DNA of 35,507 nucleotides from Catajapyx aquilonaris. Taxonomy: Eukaryota. A program made the translations under genes and the position numbers. Shown here piece after piece: positions 1 to 11,793 of this stretch; within the stretch, counting starts at the first letter, position 1, and each line of letters starts with the position of its first letter. The notes under the pieces were generated by a model, which was given only the letters and a program-made list of their open reading frames with translations, did not search any database and was not told the origin of the DNA. Where the stretch lies: the NCBI GenBank assembly GCA_000934665.2, contig JYFJ02004022.1, forward strand, positions 1 to 35,507, given 5' to 3'.

Positions 1-1
1 T

Positions 2-1331
2 GCCCAACAGTTCCTGCTCAAGTGGTCCTTTTACAGGTACCGGTATTGTTCTGAAGTCTAGGATATGAACAGCTTGAAGAGGATGGGGAGATTAACTTGT
101 TGTGTATCAGGTCAGCCAGAGGGCAGTAGTTAGTTCACAGATGTACCATAGATGGTAGCACAGACTTCCGACGGTTCCTCAGTTCTTCCTTGTCCCTACC
201 AAAGTCTTCTCCGCCAGCCTGTCCAACCCTCCACACGTATCCGAGCATATCTCCCAACCCGACCATGCCACCCTCATCCTTCACCATACCCCTACCATAA
301 GAAGGACACCAATAAACCCCCAGTCGTCTCCCCACTCCGGTGTGTCATTATTGACCCATGCAAGACAGTGAAGACACCACACAGCAAACTGCAATTTGCT
401 TCTTTCTTTATTCAACAGCTCTCAGGTCATAAAGGACTTGACGCTGCACGGCGCTGCAAGCTTCGGGTCCTTCCACTTGATCCGTCTTCTGAACGACGAG
501 TATATGTGTTACCTCATAGAGAAGAGGCGGGTAGCCTCAGCCACCGGGGAGACACCCATCGTGGTCATGAGCGAGGTGAACCACATGCAATACGTACATA
601 TGTTTTCATGATTAAGGTGTCAGGCTGGTTTGTATTATACCATCATAGAGGCCCGGGTATTGAACTGTTGATTAATAGTTTATGCATAATTTGTACGAGT
701 TAGTTAGCTTGTTATGTGGCAATCAAATATTTAGGTATCTAATTAAACAGTGGGAAGTTTTTTCCACCCGACTTTGTAAAAGTAAGTCTGTTTTGGAGAA
801 TTACAAACTGCAGTTTATACATGGCTATTAAAGTGGGAACAACCAAGAATAATAAGTATAGCGTTGATATGCGGCCACATTTTAGTTTAATTGATATTTG
901 ATATTTATTTTAGTCCAATTTGCATGTTTCTATCAATTTTAACACTTTGCCTTTTTGGTCAGAAACCTCGTGAGATTCTTATGCCCCTGCCGCCATCCCC
1001 TCCGTCCCTGGGCAGGAGCAATCCGTCCACCTCTGGGTCCGACATCAAGGGCGAAGGGGTAAACAACATGAGCCTAGGTGGAGGTGATGTCAACAGCAGT
1101 GGCAACATGTACAACAATGGATTGATGGTCTCGCCCACTTCTGTTTCTGCTGCTGGCATCGGAACTAGCATCAACGGCAGTGGCCTCATGTCTAACCAAC
1201 CACCACCAGCACCACCAGCAACAACAGCAAGCACAGCATCAGCAGCACCATCACCATCACCTCCCACTCAAGCAATAATAACAGCAGGACCAGAAGATGG
1301 TGATGGTTGCCATACCATTGCCTGGCGGTAG
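2..1331 (+). CDS. Rfx: RFX-family transcription factor (RFX1/2/3-like), 3' part only: dimerization domain plus low-complexity C-terminal exon; possibly a decaying duplicate
   Basis: Exons 2-36, 419-575 and 963-1331 join through GT..AG introns with consistent phase (2, then 0). They give [75 protein letters not shown]..., matching the RFX dimerization motif [48 protein letters not shown]. The 5' exons lie outside the window. A more RFX-like end (AKRLKTS*, stop 1369-1371) lies in another frame. Confidence 0.9.
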
Positions 1332-1581
1332 TGGTGAGTCACCGACTGCAAAGCGGCTCAAGACCAGCTAACATCCCAAGGAGCTTTGTTACTCCCGCCT
1401 GTCCTCATCCTTGTGTTTTGTGCCCCCACGTACTGGTATACCATTTCCAGTTGAGTTTGTTTGAGTAGCCATGCGTGTGACGGGTTTTCCTTGTTATGAC
1501 TTGCTTGTAAATAAATTCTTCTTTTTAAAGTCCATTCAACGGTCCATTCGACAGTGTGATTCACTAGCTGCATGCGAGGGG

Positions 1582-1596
1582 GAGAGAGAGAGAGAG
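1582..1596. repeat. (GA)n microsatellite
   Basis: Short gagagag run seen directly, downstream of the RFX stop. Confidence 0.75.
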
Positions 1597-2429
1597 ACAT
1601 CTCAAACCATTCCTACTCTATCTCCTCTCTCCACCTATTTCCTAATTATTGTTCCCACCATTTTTAAAAAAATAACATAATATTTTACGACCATGCACGT
1701 TAGATCGGTTGAAATCAGTTTCCAATGATTGTTGGAGTTGTCTGTAACAACCTATTCCGTAGCATTATTCACCTATGTGACCTTTCCAATGCAACAGGTG
1801 TGAGTGACAAATGAAGCATTTGAGTTAAACAAACAGTATTTTGTTAAAGATTGGCTGTTTTATGTGTTGTTTTGTGCTGTAGGACAGGCAATTATTATTT
1901 TTTGTAACTTGAGGAAGATTTGAGGCGAAAGTGCAAATAATTTGCAGATTAGGGCACTAAATATGTGCCTCATTTTGGGCACACTAAAGTATTTAGTTTA
2001 AACCAGTAGATAAGAATACACAGCATTTACCTGAACCTAGAATAATCATAATTATTGTAGGCAAAAGGGGCCCCCGCCCCAGGCCTCGCGCTTGGGAAGA
2101 CAACAGGCAACTTACGGGATTGCACAAAACTGAGTGAGAAATCCCCCATATTGTCATTCTTTCATTGTCCTACTAAAAAATTAAATAAAGAAAATAAATA
2201 AATAAATCGTTCCTGCATCATATGCCAGATTCTTGAAACGAACACGTCTGGTAAAAAGGACTCCCCAACCTAAACTATGTTATCTGATAACAAGATTAAT
2301 AACATGTGCGAGCCTTCGCCTTAGATAAGTGCAGAGGCACCCTTGCTTCTCCCTCGCAGTGGGTCGTTTCCCTCCCTAATTACTGCCAGGCCCCGCGCTT
2401 CCAAAAATCCCAATGATTCATTACTAACA

Positions 2430-2770
2430 GTGGTTGGAGAGATCTCCCAAAAATGTATTGTGACCAACGGTTACAAGAGGGTACACCAAAAGACAATATG
2501 TAGATAGACTCAGAGTATGTATTTCCGAGGATGATTATGGCAACAACAGAATACAGAATGAGAACTGGAAGAAGGATGAGGGATCAGGGATGGTTGACCA
2601 GAGCAACTGGTCGGACAAGGTGATGGTGGGGAATGACCAGGTCGACTCCAGGTAGGGTCAGGCTTAAATAGTCTCTGGCGCAAAGCGGGATGGGAGTGAT
2701 GGTATGAGACAGGATACAAAGTCGATAGAACCGGATAAGACAGTCTAACAGTGTGATACATCCCAATACA
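2430..2770 (-). mobile_element. Possible degenerate CR1/L2-type LINE ORF2 3' fragment
   Basis: The minus-strand translation contains LIRFYRLCILSH...AIIILGNTYSESIYIL...R..YIFGRSLQP with an in-frame stop. This loosely resembles the post-RT region of CR1/L2 LINEs (..FY..CIRP..RIILG..Y..AL..L..L..R..FGRSL). Similarity is weak and judged by eye. Confidence 0.3.
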
Positions 2771-3256
2771 CTAGGTCAAACAACTTGTATACAAGGGTAA
2801 AATCGGAAGACATATGACAATGGGCATATAACCAGTGAATGCTGTAATGATAGTATGAGTGATAACAATAAATGCTGCCTAAAACTGTCACAGTATCTAC
2901 TAAATACAGATCCTAGATACTTCAGCGTTTTCGTACCTAGATCCCAGTTCAGATCTCTCAATTATAAAGGATCTAGGTATGATCTAGATCAGATTTCAGA
3001 TCACACAACCTAAAGTGATTTACGTCAATTAGCAGTTTAGTTCAAGTGAAGAGGGATACAGGGAATTTGAATATTGTCTGCCATCCCCAGGGACATATTG
3101 CTAAATTGCAACAGAAAACACTGATATAACAAAGATACGGATCGCACATGCGTGGTATTGGTATCCACTGAAAGATTTGCCGAAGCTGTCGACATACCAC
3201 CACTTGTTCCGACCCTCGCGAGTTGAACGACGACTAAATGGCAAGGGACAGTTGGA

Positions 3257-3277
3257 CCCCCCCCCCCCCCNCCCCCC
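3257..3277. other. Poly-C tract containing an ambiguous base (N at 3271)
   Basis: Seen directly; local assembly uncertainty. Confidence 0.95.
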
Positions 3278-5039
3278 AGAGGCCCAAAAAACATAGCTCG
3301 GTTTTACGTTCCATTGAATATAGAAGGAAAGGAAGCGCACGGAATCTAGGTACACTGCTGGGTTCCGATTTCTTCGGTCTCCTGGCACATGATGCGGTGT
3401 TCTAAACACGTAGAGGTGTGTCGCATATTACCGCCCGTGTTCGGGGTCTGATAATGCATGTCGGCATAATGAATCTCTCTAAGTGTAATGCACTCGGCAC
3501 ACATGTTCCCTAGGCCTATAAGAGCCATTTTGAGAGTTGGCGGTACCTGATCGGCCCTGGAGCTGGAGGTACTCTAGGAGCTGGGTACTGGAGCTGCTCT
3601 TGTACGTGAAAAGAGACAAGTACGAAATGAGTCAGGCATTACCAAAGCAACATTGTGCTCCAATTCTGTACAATGCATGCAGAGTGATGTAATCACCTAA
3701 GTCAGCTGTTTTCTTTCTCTTTGGAGTGGAAGTGTGAGGTCCACTGGGGTCACCATCTGCATGTATGGCTGCAGAAAAAAACTTCACACTATATGCATTG
3801 CATCAAAGTATTTGTGTCATACAGGACACACCATCAGCGTCAGCCTGGGGGGGGATATAATGTGGCAGATACAGACGTTGGAATGCAATCTGACTTTTGC
3901 TAACCTGTGTGGAAATGTGAGATGCTGAGGTGGGTGTGCCAACAGTTGTTCATGTGATCTTAACACCATTAAGGCAGCATTGAGTGGAGATGCTTTTAAA
4001 CATAATTGGCTGTAATAGACTACTGTTGACACTATAATCATGGGATGCTGATGCGCTGTTTGGGCATCCCTGACAGTTGACATTCAGCGCACACAGCACT
4101 GATGCAACTGGCATGGTGTGCTCAAGTCACCATCACCATCATGATTGATCATTGACTGGAAGGAAAATCGGATCATAATATAATATGGCCGGTTATTGTC
4201 AGTATGTTGAATTACAGGCTTCAGAACAAAATACCAGTTCTGTAGATGCACGCTGAATGAACCTGGCTAGTGGGGACCTAAGAAATAAAACCAGTTTAGT
4301 TCTTCAGCAACATGTGTAGGCCTATACTCTAATTCTGTTCGTGCCTTCCACTGATAGTGGAACATCTTTTGCCATACTATCAATCACGCACTTACCTGTG
4401 CCTGCCCTGAAGGTACAGCATGCGGATTCAAACGAAGGCGAGTGAAGTGGTCTGTCCAGCTGAACCTGAAGTGCGCCTTATCTACTTGTCTACTCTCAAA
4501 ATATAGTCTGATGTTCATTCCCATAGTAAAGTAATTCCCACGCAGAGATGCACGGCGCATGCGTCTGTAATGACAAGGTGTATAGGTTCAAATTAAGCGC
4601 GCCTACTTCAACACAGGAAGTGACAAGCAGCACTGCGCATGGACAAAAACGCCCTGTGAATTTTTACTCCTGATATAACATACTAATTTTCACCTCACCT
4701 CGTGTATAACAGACCATTCTGGGTCTCTTGGTGGAAAAATATACTGTTTGATTACTCAGCTTCTTTTCCCATGCACAGGAAAGCATGGCATCCCTACTCC
4801 TGGAGCGGGGGTGATTTTCCCACATGTCACTGATCTAACACTTGCCGAACAGGTCAAAATATTTCCTTTAATCCTATTTTTGGCAGTGAGAAGGCAGGAG
4901 AAAATGATGTTTTTTTGTGGCCATGTGTAATTTACGAGTGAGCTAATTTTGTATATTTGTGTGTAGTTTCCTTAACCAGTCATTAGCGTGCATTATAAGC
5001 ATGTCGAAAGAAGAAAACTTTGCGTATTCATTGCAAAAC

Positions 5040-5106
5040 TGACAACTTGGCTATAACATACTGATGTCCTCGGTCCCTTGAAGTCTGTTATATCCGGATT
5101 GAAATG
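5040..5106. mobile_element. Single end of a Tigger/pogo-like MITE
   Basis: Reverse complement reads TA|CATTTCAATCCGGATATAACAGACTTCAAGGGACCGAGG, resembling pogo/Tigger termini (TA|CAGT..C.CGATATAAC..). No partner end was found. Confidence 0.35.
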
Positions 5107-6172
5107 TATTATAAAAGGCATAGTATATGTTCGTTCGTTCGTTCGTTCATTTGGTTTCCAAAGGTATCAATAATGTTTGATTGCCGGTGTTGATTACAAT
5201 GCCATAATATTATGGAAACAGGTCGTGCCAAGAACGGATTCCGCTACTACAATAGTCAACAACTAACTTTGACATGCAGTTAGAGGTTTAGAGAAACTTT
5301 GTCAGTTGTCTGCTAACCTCCAGTTAAACGATTGGAACCAAGAGATACATTGCTCTTGTTGAATCTCAATTAAAACGCTCAAATTCCCGCCTTCATCTCG
5401 ACATATGACAACATCGCACGCCAAAGCCAGCGCATGCGCAGAAATACCATCCGAGCCCCGCAATGGCGCCACCAAGTTATAGTAACCAAGTCGAGCAAAG
5501 AGGCAGGAAATCCCGCCCAAAGTGTCAGGGTAGCCAATCTTGCCAGCGTGCCACGGAGGGGGGTGGGGGAAATACGCGCCTGTTTGGATCAGTGTTGCCA
5601 TCCTCCACCGCCCCTTCCCTATATTCCTTTCCGTCATTGTCGGTTCATTTAATTGCCCATCTTCGGTTGGCTACCTCTCCCCCCCCCCCCTTCTAATTCT
5701 CCCTCCCCCTCCCTCTTCCCCACTCCCTTTGCACCCTCCCCTCCCACCCCCTCTTCTTCTCTATGTTACAGGAAGTGTTCCATTCCACTACCCGCTCTTC
5801 TGCTTCCAGCACCGTTTGAGCCCAGCAGGATCTTCCTCAGTATTTTCTGTCAGCACCAGGAGAATGCTGCGACCAGCTGATATTGCCCAGTTCATGGTGA
5901 GGGGCAGAACAAGGGGCAAACCGTTCGAAGGGGGAGGCCCCAGATACAGGAAGGGAGGGGGAGAGGGGAGTGTGAGATCACGGGGATTCTAAAATGGCCG
6001 CCAAGTTGGGAAGGATCTGGATGCATCATGTTACAACATGCCTGAAATATTTACCCATAGTGGGAATTATGATCATGGTTTCCATCTACATGGTGACCCA
6101 AAAGTTTGGACGCATAATTATTGTGTTGTTGGGCCTATTGTTGGTTGGCAGTTGTCAACCAACAATACAATA

Positions 6173-6428
6173 CAATTCGCTCATGCACCAGAAAAGTAGT
6201 AAAGTAGCACGTCATCAGATCTAAATAATATTATTGGTCGAATAATTTTGTGTATTATTATGACTTCAAAGCCCCATTGTAAGACAACGTTTGATAATAA
6301 CTGATAATAATCGTTCTGTAATCGTCATTCTGAAGAAAGGAACAGAAATTGATTAAAGCCAGTTGATGCTGAACTTGAAGCATATTATATACGAAACTGT
6401 GTCACTTTTCTGGTGCATGAGCGAATTG
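6173..6428. mobile_element. MITE with perfect 25-bp terminal inverted repeats
   Basis: caattcgctcatgcaccagaaaagt (6173-6197) and acttttctggtgcatgagcgaattg (6404-6428). Flanked by TA on the left and TG on the right (probably a mutated TA duplication). Confidence 0.8.
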
Positions 6429-6496
6429 TGTCCCTACATTATTTTGTGTCATCCTGTTTATCTATAAAAGGCAAAGTTTGTTTTGCCCCTTTTGCA

Positions 6497-6643
6497 CCCA
6501 TTATGGCAACAAGTTACTTGTATCAACAGTGAATTATTGTTATTACATTGTCATGGAAACAGTGTTCCATTGTTGCCATAGTAACTTCAGCACAATCCTG
6601 TGTCAACAATGTCACTGGTACCATGGATACAGAACGGGTTGCC
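6497..6643. promoter_or_regulatory. Cluster of RFX X-box-like motifs
   Basis: GTTGCCATAGTAAC (6572-6585, consensus match), ATTGTCATGGAAAC (6547-6560), GGTACCATGGATAC (6617-6630), a strong half-site ATGGCAAC (6503-6510) and GTTGCC (6638-6643). Function is inferred from motif match only. Confidence 0.5.
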
Positions 6644-9197
6644 AGCTCGTCCTAGTAATATATTATTACATATGGACAGCAATACTTGATTGCATGTTCC
6701 AAAATTCTGCAATTTGTTCACTGGCTACCCCATTTTGTGTGTGTATAAGATATTGACCAAAACAGCTGACATGGCCAGAGTTTGCTGATGTGAAGGGGAT
6801 GTGATATGTGTGTGTGCGAGGGGGAGGGAGACATTAATTGACTTTAAGTAGACTCCAGTGTTCCAGGTTGCTGGTGAGGGGTCATTGACCTTCTCAGTTT
6901 GGAGTTCCATGCGAGTCCTCTGCAACAGGGGTATGCTTTCTCACTTATTGTTAATGATTTGCAAGCATGGGGTAGCAGTGGACAATGATGTGTCATTCTT
7001 GTCGTGTCTTTGAGCTTGCCATTGGATCCACATTCCATCTGGTATTACGAGATGGTGTTTCGCCATACTTGCAAAACCCACCAAACTTGCTACTGCACAT
7101 GCTGAAATCATTAGTCAATGACTTTCACTTCTCTTCCTGAGTCCATGAGTAGCAAGATGGAGAGCATGGTTCAATTCTCAGTCCACTAGGAATATTGCTG
7201 TGTATGTTATTGTACATGCATCATTCTTGTGGTGCGCACTCAGGATTTAAAATAGCAACAATTCAGTTGTATTGATGACATTTCAGTTGTGTGATATGGT
7301 TACTTTGGGCAAGGGTATTTCTTTGGGGTCATTCCGTGTCAAATCAACACAGTTTTCGGAATGACCACCTCAGATTTTGATGATTTTTGGCGTACTTGCA
7401 GGTTTCATGGACATGTGAAAAAGTGTCCATTTTTATGTTGTTGTCTAACTTCATCAGTTCAAAAGTTATTAATCCTGCAATGGAAAAACTTGATGGAAGA
7501 CCAATAACAAATTCTGATAGATCTTTGGGTGCTGATTTCAGGGCAAGCACTTAAAAACTTCCATCGCCCACCAATTTTCCACAACCTCGCATTTTAATTT
7601 TCATACCCATAGATGAAGGGAACTGATGTGTATTCAGTGACAACTAATGGTTTTAGTACCATCATGAGGACAATAATTCAAGAACCAGTTTAATAAAAGG
7701 ACCATGGATGGACGATATGCAGTGATCTAAAGTACTTTCCATGCTTCTTGGACAACAAATTCATATATTTAATAAAGAAAAAGGCTTAAACATAATACAT
7801 TATAATTATAGGTTCTTTTCCCGCGTCTTCAAATCTACTTTGTGGAAAATCCTTGGGTCCTGGAAGAAAAACCGAGGTCATGTTTGAAATCAGCACACCA
7901 AACACCATTAAAATCAATCAAAACCATTCAATCAGTTTTCAATGACCCTAATTTTTCAGGTCTGTGTAATCAAATTTCACATTTTTTACGAAAAATTGCA
8001 GCGTATGTAAATCTTTACGGCTGTAACACAGCAACCAGTTGAGATGCAGACCTGGCCTTAGGCCCATTTTAAAGCTCATTTCCAGGGCTTTCATGTGATA
8101 TACAACATGTCAGGGTTTAGAACAAAAAACATGTTTCAAAATCTATCTGAAAGTTTAAAATTTGATTTTATCAAAAAGTGACAATTTTAAAGTTCCAAAA
8201 AATTTCTCAAAATAAGTTTATATCATCGTCTCACAGCAGCACAAAAATTATTATGAGATCGCTATGGGATCATGACATAGAGGGGGTACAATGTATGCAT
8301 GATTAGAGGGAAAGTGCCAAATCTGCCATATTTGATAATATATGTAATATATTGTACACATACTTATATAATTAATTACATACGATTTTATAGTTTAATT
8401 CTTAATATTATCTATTTTACACTACAAAGGTGATAAAAAATGGGTAAACATGTTTCTTTAGATTATGAAATACAGTTAACAATAATGTAAGAATGGAGGA
8501 AGCTGACATGTTAAAACATTTTAAATTCACAATTAATTCCAGAAAAAGTAGGGCATGTTAAAACTGTGATCAGTATTTTTATGTACTCTTCTAGAAGCTC
8601 CCAGGCTATATATCTCAAAATTTTAAACCACTTGCATTATTTTACTGAATCGTATTAGAGCTTACCAGTTTAGACAGTATATGAAAGTAGCGCACACATG
8701 TATACTGTACAGAGGTGGTGTCTTCATTTCTGAGAGGCCATGAACTTTTTCATGATCTCTTGAGCCTATCTCACCTCATTGCTTGGTAAACTGTATGTTC
8801 AACCAGTGGGAGGGACGGGCTTCCCTGTGCAGACCACATTATTTTGAAGAGGGAATCCACAGTATATCAAGTATTGTAGGTATAAGGTATGAAAATGAAG
8901 GCGATGGTCCTTGAGGAGATGAGAGTAGAGAAATGTCACTTTCACTTCATTTACATCATTTTTTTTTAGCTAAAATGTGGCTTAGGTACGTACCATTTGC
9001 CACCATAAACTGCAACCACATATCCACTGCAGCCCAACATAAGCCCAACATTTTGCATAAGTGTTTCCAGGAAAGATGGTTGATGAGTGCATTAAAAATG
9101 GTTTAAAAATGGTTACTTTTGCTCTGCAGTTTGGTGGACCTAATGCATGGAGCTTTTGGGTACATGGGATAGCTACAGTTTTGCTGTCCAGTTTTGC

Positions 9198-9305
9198 CCA
9201 CTTTATCCTGGTCTTGGAGCAACCCTTCACACAGGCCCCACGTTGAGCAGGGGTGTGTTGTTGTGTGTGTGTGCGAAGGGTTGCTGCAAGGCCAGGATAA
9301 AGTGG
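9198..9305. repeat. Hairpin with ~36-bp arms
   Basis: ccactttatcctggtcttggagcaacccttcacaca pairs with tgtgcgaagggttgctgcaaggccaggataaagtgg (3 mismatches). Confidence 0.85.
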
Positions 9306-9505
9306 CCAATAAAATGGCCGCGGTAACGCGTGCGCTCAAGGAAGTTAAGGTCCCGGGTTCAATCCCCACCCGGGGTTCCCACCTTCTTTCGTGCAGAATT
9401 GGGCCATCTCTGGCTTCGTTTCGGGTGGGAATATCCTCTAGGGCTAGACTAACCCACCCGGGGGAATTCACAAAATGACCATATAACGACATTGCACTTG
9501 CACTT
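9301..9505 (+). mobile_element. tRNA-derived SINE-like element, related to the copy at 16.7-16.9 kb
   Basis: Pol III B box GGTTCAATCCC at 9356-9366. aaggtcccgggttcaatccccacccggg differs at 2 positions from the reverse complement of 16846-16873, and both copies share the downstream motif gacatYgcacttgcac (9488-9503 vs 16733-16748). Confidence 0.65.
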
Positions 9506-10124
9506 CGCACATCCCCTCCTAATTACCCTTGGAGCAATTAGAAATACGTATATGTATCGCTGCAAACCACAAATGGTGGTATAACCCACCCCCCTAGAAA
9601 TGGCCTATCGGCCAGATAACGGGGTAGAGGAAAAAAATTCCAAAAGTTGTCTTGGAGTCTGTACTTGCTTGGTTTTCATAAGACTTCTGCAGGCTTGCTC
9701 TGGCTGCCTGTATTTTTATTGTGACCCTGAGCCCATCACATGGTTTGGCATTTCTGATCACTTTTGTAGTGTAAAAGAGATAAAATTAAGAATTAGACTA
9801 TGACACTTTTCCTCTAATCAAGCATACATTGTACCCCCTGTATCTCATGATCCCATAGCGATCCCAAAATAATATTTTGTACTGCTGTTAAATGATGGTG
9901 TAAACTTATTTTGAGAATTTTTTCAGAATTTTAAAATTGTCACTTTCTCAGAAAATCAAATTTGAAACCTTCAGATAGATTTTGAAAAATGGGTTTTATT
10001 ATAAACCCTGTCATGTTGTACAGTGCTGGTCACATTAGCAGTCCCTGATTGTTTTTTTTTTTTTCGTCTGCGCGGCGCGCGTTACCTGGCGAAACCGGCC
10101 GGATCGGCGGGTCAATTCAAACAT

Positions 10125-10635
10125 CAGCATATGAAGAGTGATTAGTGTTCTTTCCATTGTTGCACTGTTTACAAATCGAGTGAGTGACGCGGACGACCCG
10201 GCGACGGGTCTGCCTGCTTACATAATACTCAGTGATACACAGGGGGGAAAAAACGGGAAAATAACGATGTTAGAAGCAAGCCACTTTAGGAAAATGTTCC
10301 CTGCTGGACTCAAAAAAGGTTTCCGTCCACAGCACACGAAATTCCATCCGGCACAGGAGATGGGTGACAACCCCTTATTTAAAATCGGGGGTGTCCTAAT
10401 TGAAAGTGCGTCAACTGACGGATTCTTTCGTGCGCGGTGGACGGAAACCTTTCTTTGAGTCCAGGGAGCATTTTCCTAAAGTGGCTTGCTTCTAACATCA
10501 TTATTTTCCCGTTTTTTTTACTGCGTATCGCTGAGTATTATGTAAGCAGGCAGACACGTCTGCTGGGTCGTCCGCGGGTCACTCACTCGATTTGTAAACA
10601 ATATAAAAAGAACACTAAGCACTCTCCATATGCTG
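10125..10635. mobile_element. Fold-back element (MITE-like) with ~220-bp imperfect arms and a ~70-bp spacer
   Basis: 10125-10350 (cagcatatgaagagtgattagtgttcttt...ggtttccgtccac) pairs with 10419-10635 (gtggacggaaacc...aagaacactaagcactctccatatgctg). No clear TSD. Confidence 0.8.
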
Positions 10636-10643
10636 GTATTATA

Positions 10644-11158
10644 CAGGGTGTTTATTGTAACTCTGCAAAGACTTTCAGTGGTAATAGAGGGGACTAAGAC
10701 TAGTATTTTTGACATAGTAACCTGTGTCCGGAAACGCCATCTAGAGGGGGTTCATAGACGAGGAACGGGTGCGCTCAGACGCTTCATGCGAAAGGTGCAA
10801 GGCGAGCGGACTGTTTTGTTGATAGATGGCGCCCGGATAGTAACCAACAATGCGATGTGCCATAACCTGGCAACAGCAGAGCCATCTAGCAACTAAAGTC
10901 CACCTCCTAGGAGACGCTCGGATAAAAAACACCGGCTCTGTTGTTGCCAGTTTATGGCACATCGCGTCGTTGTTTACTATCAACGAAACAGTCCGCTCGC
11001 CTAACGCCTCCCGTCTGACGCGTCTGAGCGCACCCGTTCCTTGTCTATGAAGCCCCTCTAGATGGCGTTTCCGGACACGGGTTACTATGTCAAAAATACT
11101 TGTCTTGGTCCCCTCTATTACCCCTGCAAGTCTTTACATAGTTACAGGGAACACCCTG
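10644..11158. mobile_element. Tc1/mariner-type MITE (515 bp), almost fully palindromic
   Basis: TA|CAGGGTGTT...AACACCCTG|TA, with TA TSD at 10642-10643 and 11159-11160. Arms of ~230-240 bp surround a ~50-bp loop. Confidence 0.9.
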
Positions 11159-11793
11159 TATAATTGCGTTTCTGCTGCTGGTACCAGCTAGAGTACCAGC
11201 CTGCTATGGCTGACCCTGAGGCACTACGGCTTTGATCCCAGGTCGTGCCCCAGGTCAAAAATGGCACAGATACAGTGGAACTGACAGCGAAAACGAAAAT
11301 TGATGGGTCGCAAAATACGTTCGATTTTCAGCCATGTTGTTGATTTTGTGACGTCACCCTAGCTCACCTATAGTCAGGAAACCGATAACTGAACGCGCCC
11401 TTGGGGGCGGGGCTTCTTCAAATTTAGAAGTCAAATTACAACAGCATTCCTAACCCTGTTTTAGTTCTGTTATCATTGAACATGGTCAAAATAACGCTAA
11501 TGTCATTGAAAATGCATTGCAATAGTTTACAAACTACTATCAAGTTGGGGATCACTGCACTCAGCAAACCATAACGCCAGATTTCAGCAGTTGCCGTTAA
11601 TTGTTGAGAGAATCTAATCACCTATTAAGTTATTAATAATATCATATCGCCCTAACGAGAATCATCCACCAGTAATTAATTTTTTCTGGTTCCATGAAGA
11701 ATCGAGTTGTGACTGTTTCAATGCAATGTGTGTCTCTTCAAGATCTTTGGGAAATTCCATTGCTAACATACCCATTTGCCATTACATCAACAG

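Larger units (their letters stand above)
8101..10020. repeat. Diverged inverted repeat with ~220-bp arms (subterminal arms of an old DNA transposon) enclosing ~1.5 kb
   Basis: 8101-8320 (tacaacatgtcagggtttag...gggggtacaatgtatgcatgattagagggaaagtg) is the imperfect reverse complement of 9802-10020 (cacttttcctctaatcaagcatacattgtacccc...taaaccctgtcatgttgta). Homology stops abruptly at TA|cagtg (10019-10025). Confidence 0.8.

Noticed and set aside
152..703. 183-aa ORF overlapping RFX
   Set aside because: It spans an intron and an RFX exon in the wrong frame with no recognisable domain. The intronic part may be a LINE remnant, but the similarity is too weak to call.
1276..1281. TAA-to-Gln reassigned genetic code
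   Set aside because: Other genes here end at TAA (26841-26843, 29494-29496) and the 1467-aa gene has no in-frame TAA; C->T mutation is the simpler explanation.
3346..3605. Possible minus-strand exons (Pro-rich QLQYPAPRVPPAPGPIR)
   Set aside because: Splice-like sites exist, but joining them reaches a stop quickly and no family is recognisable.
5540..5992. Pro-rich 150-aa ORF
   Set aside because: It derives from a C/T-rich low-complexity tract, with no splice or domain support.
6760..7200. Degenerate LINE ORF1 with Cys/His motifs on the minus strand
   Set aside because: Only scattered Cys/His residues across frames with many stops; it cannot be supported without a search.
10138..11050. Paired similar ORFs on opposite strands (also at 16956-17498 and 33867-34467)
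   Set aside because: They are artefacts of palindromic MITE arms and tandem repeats.
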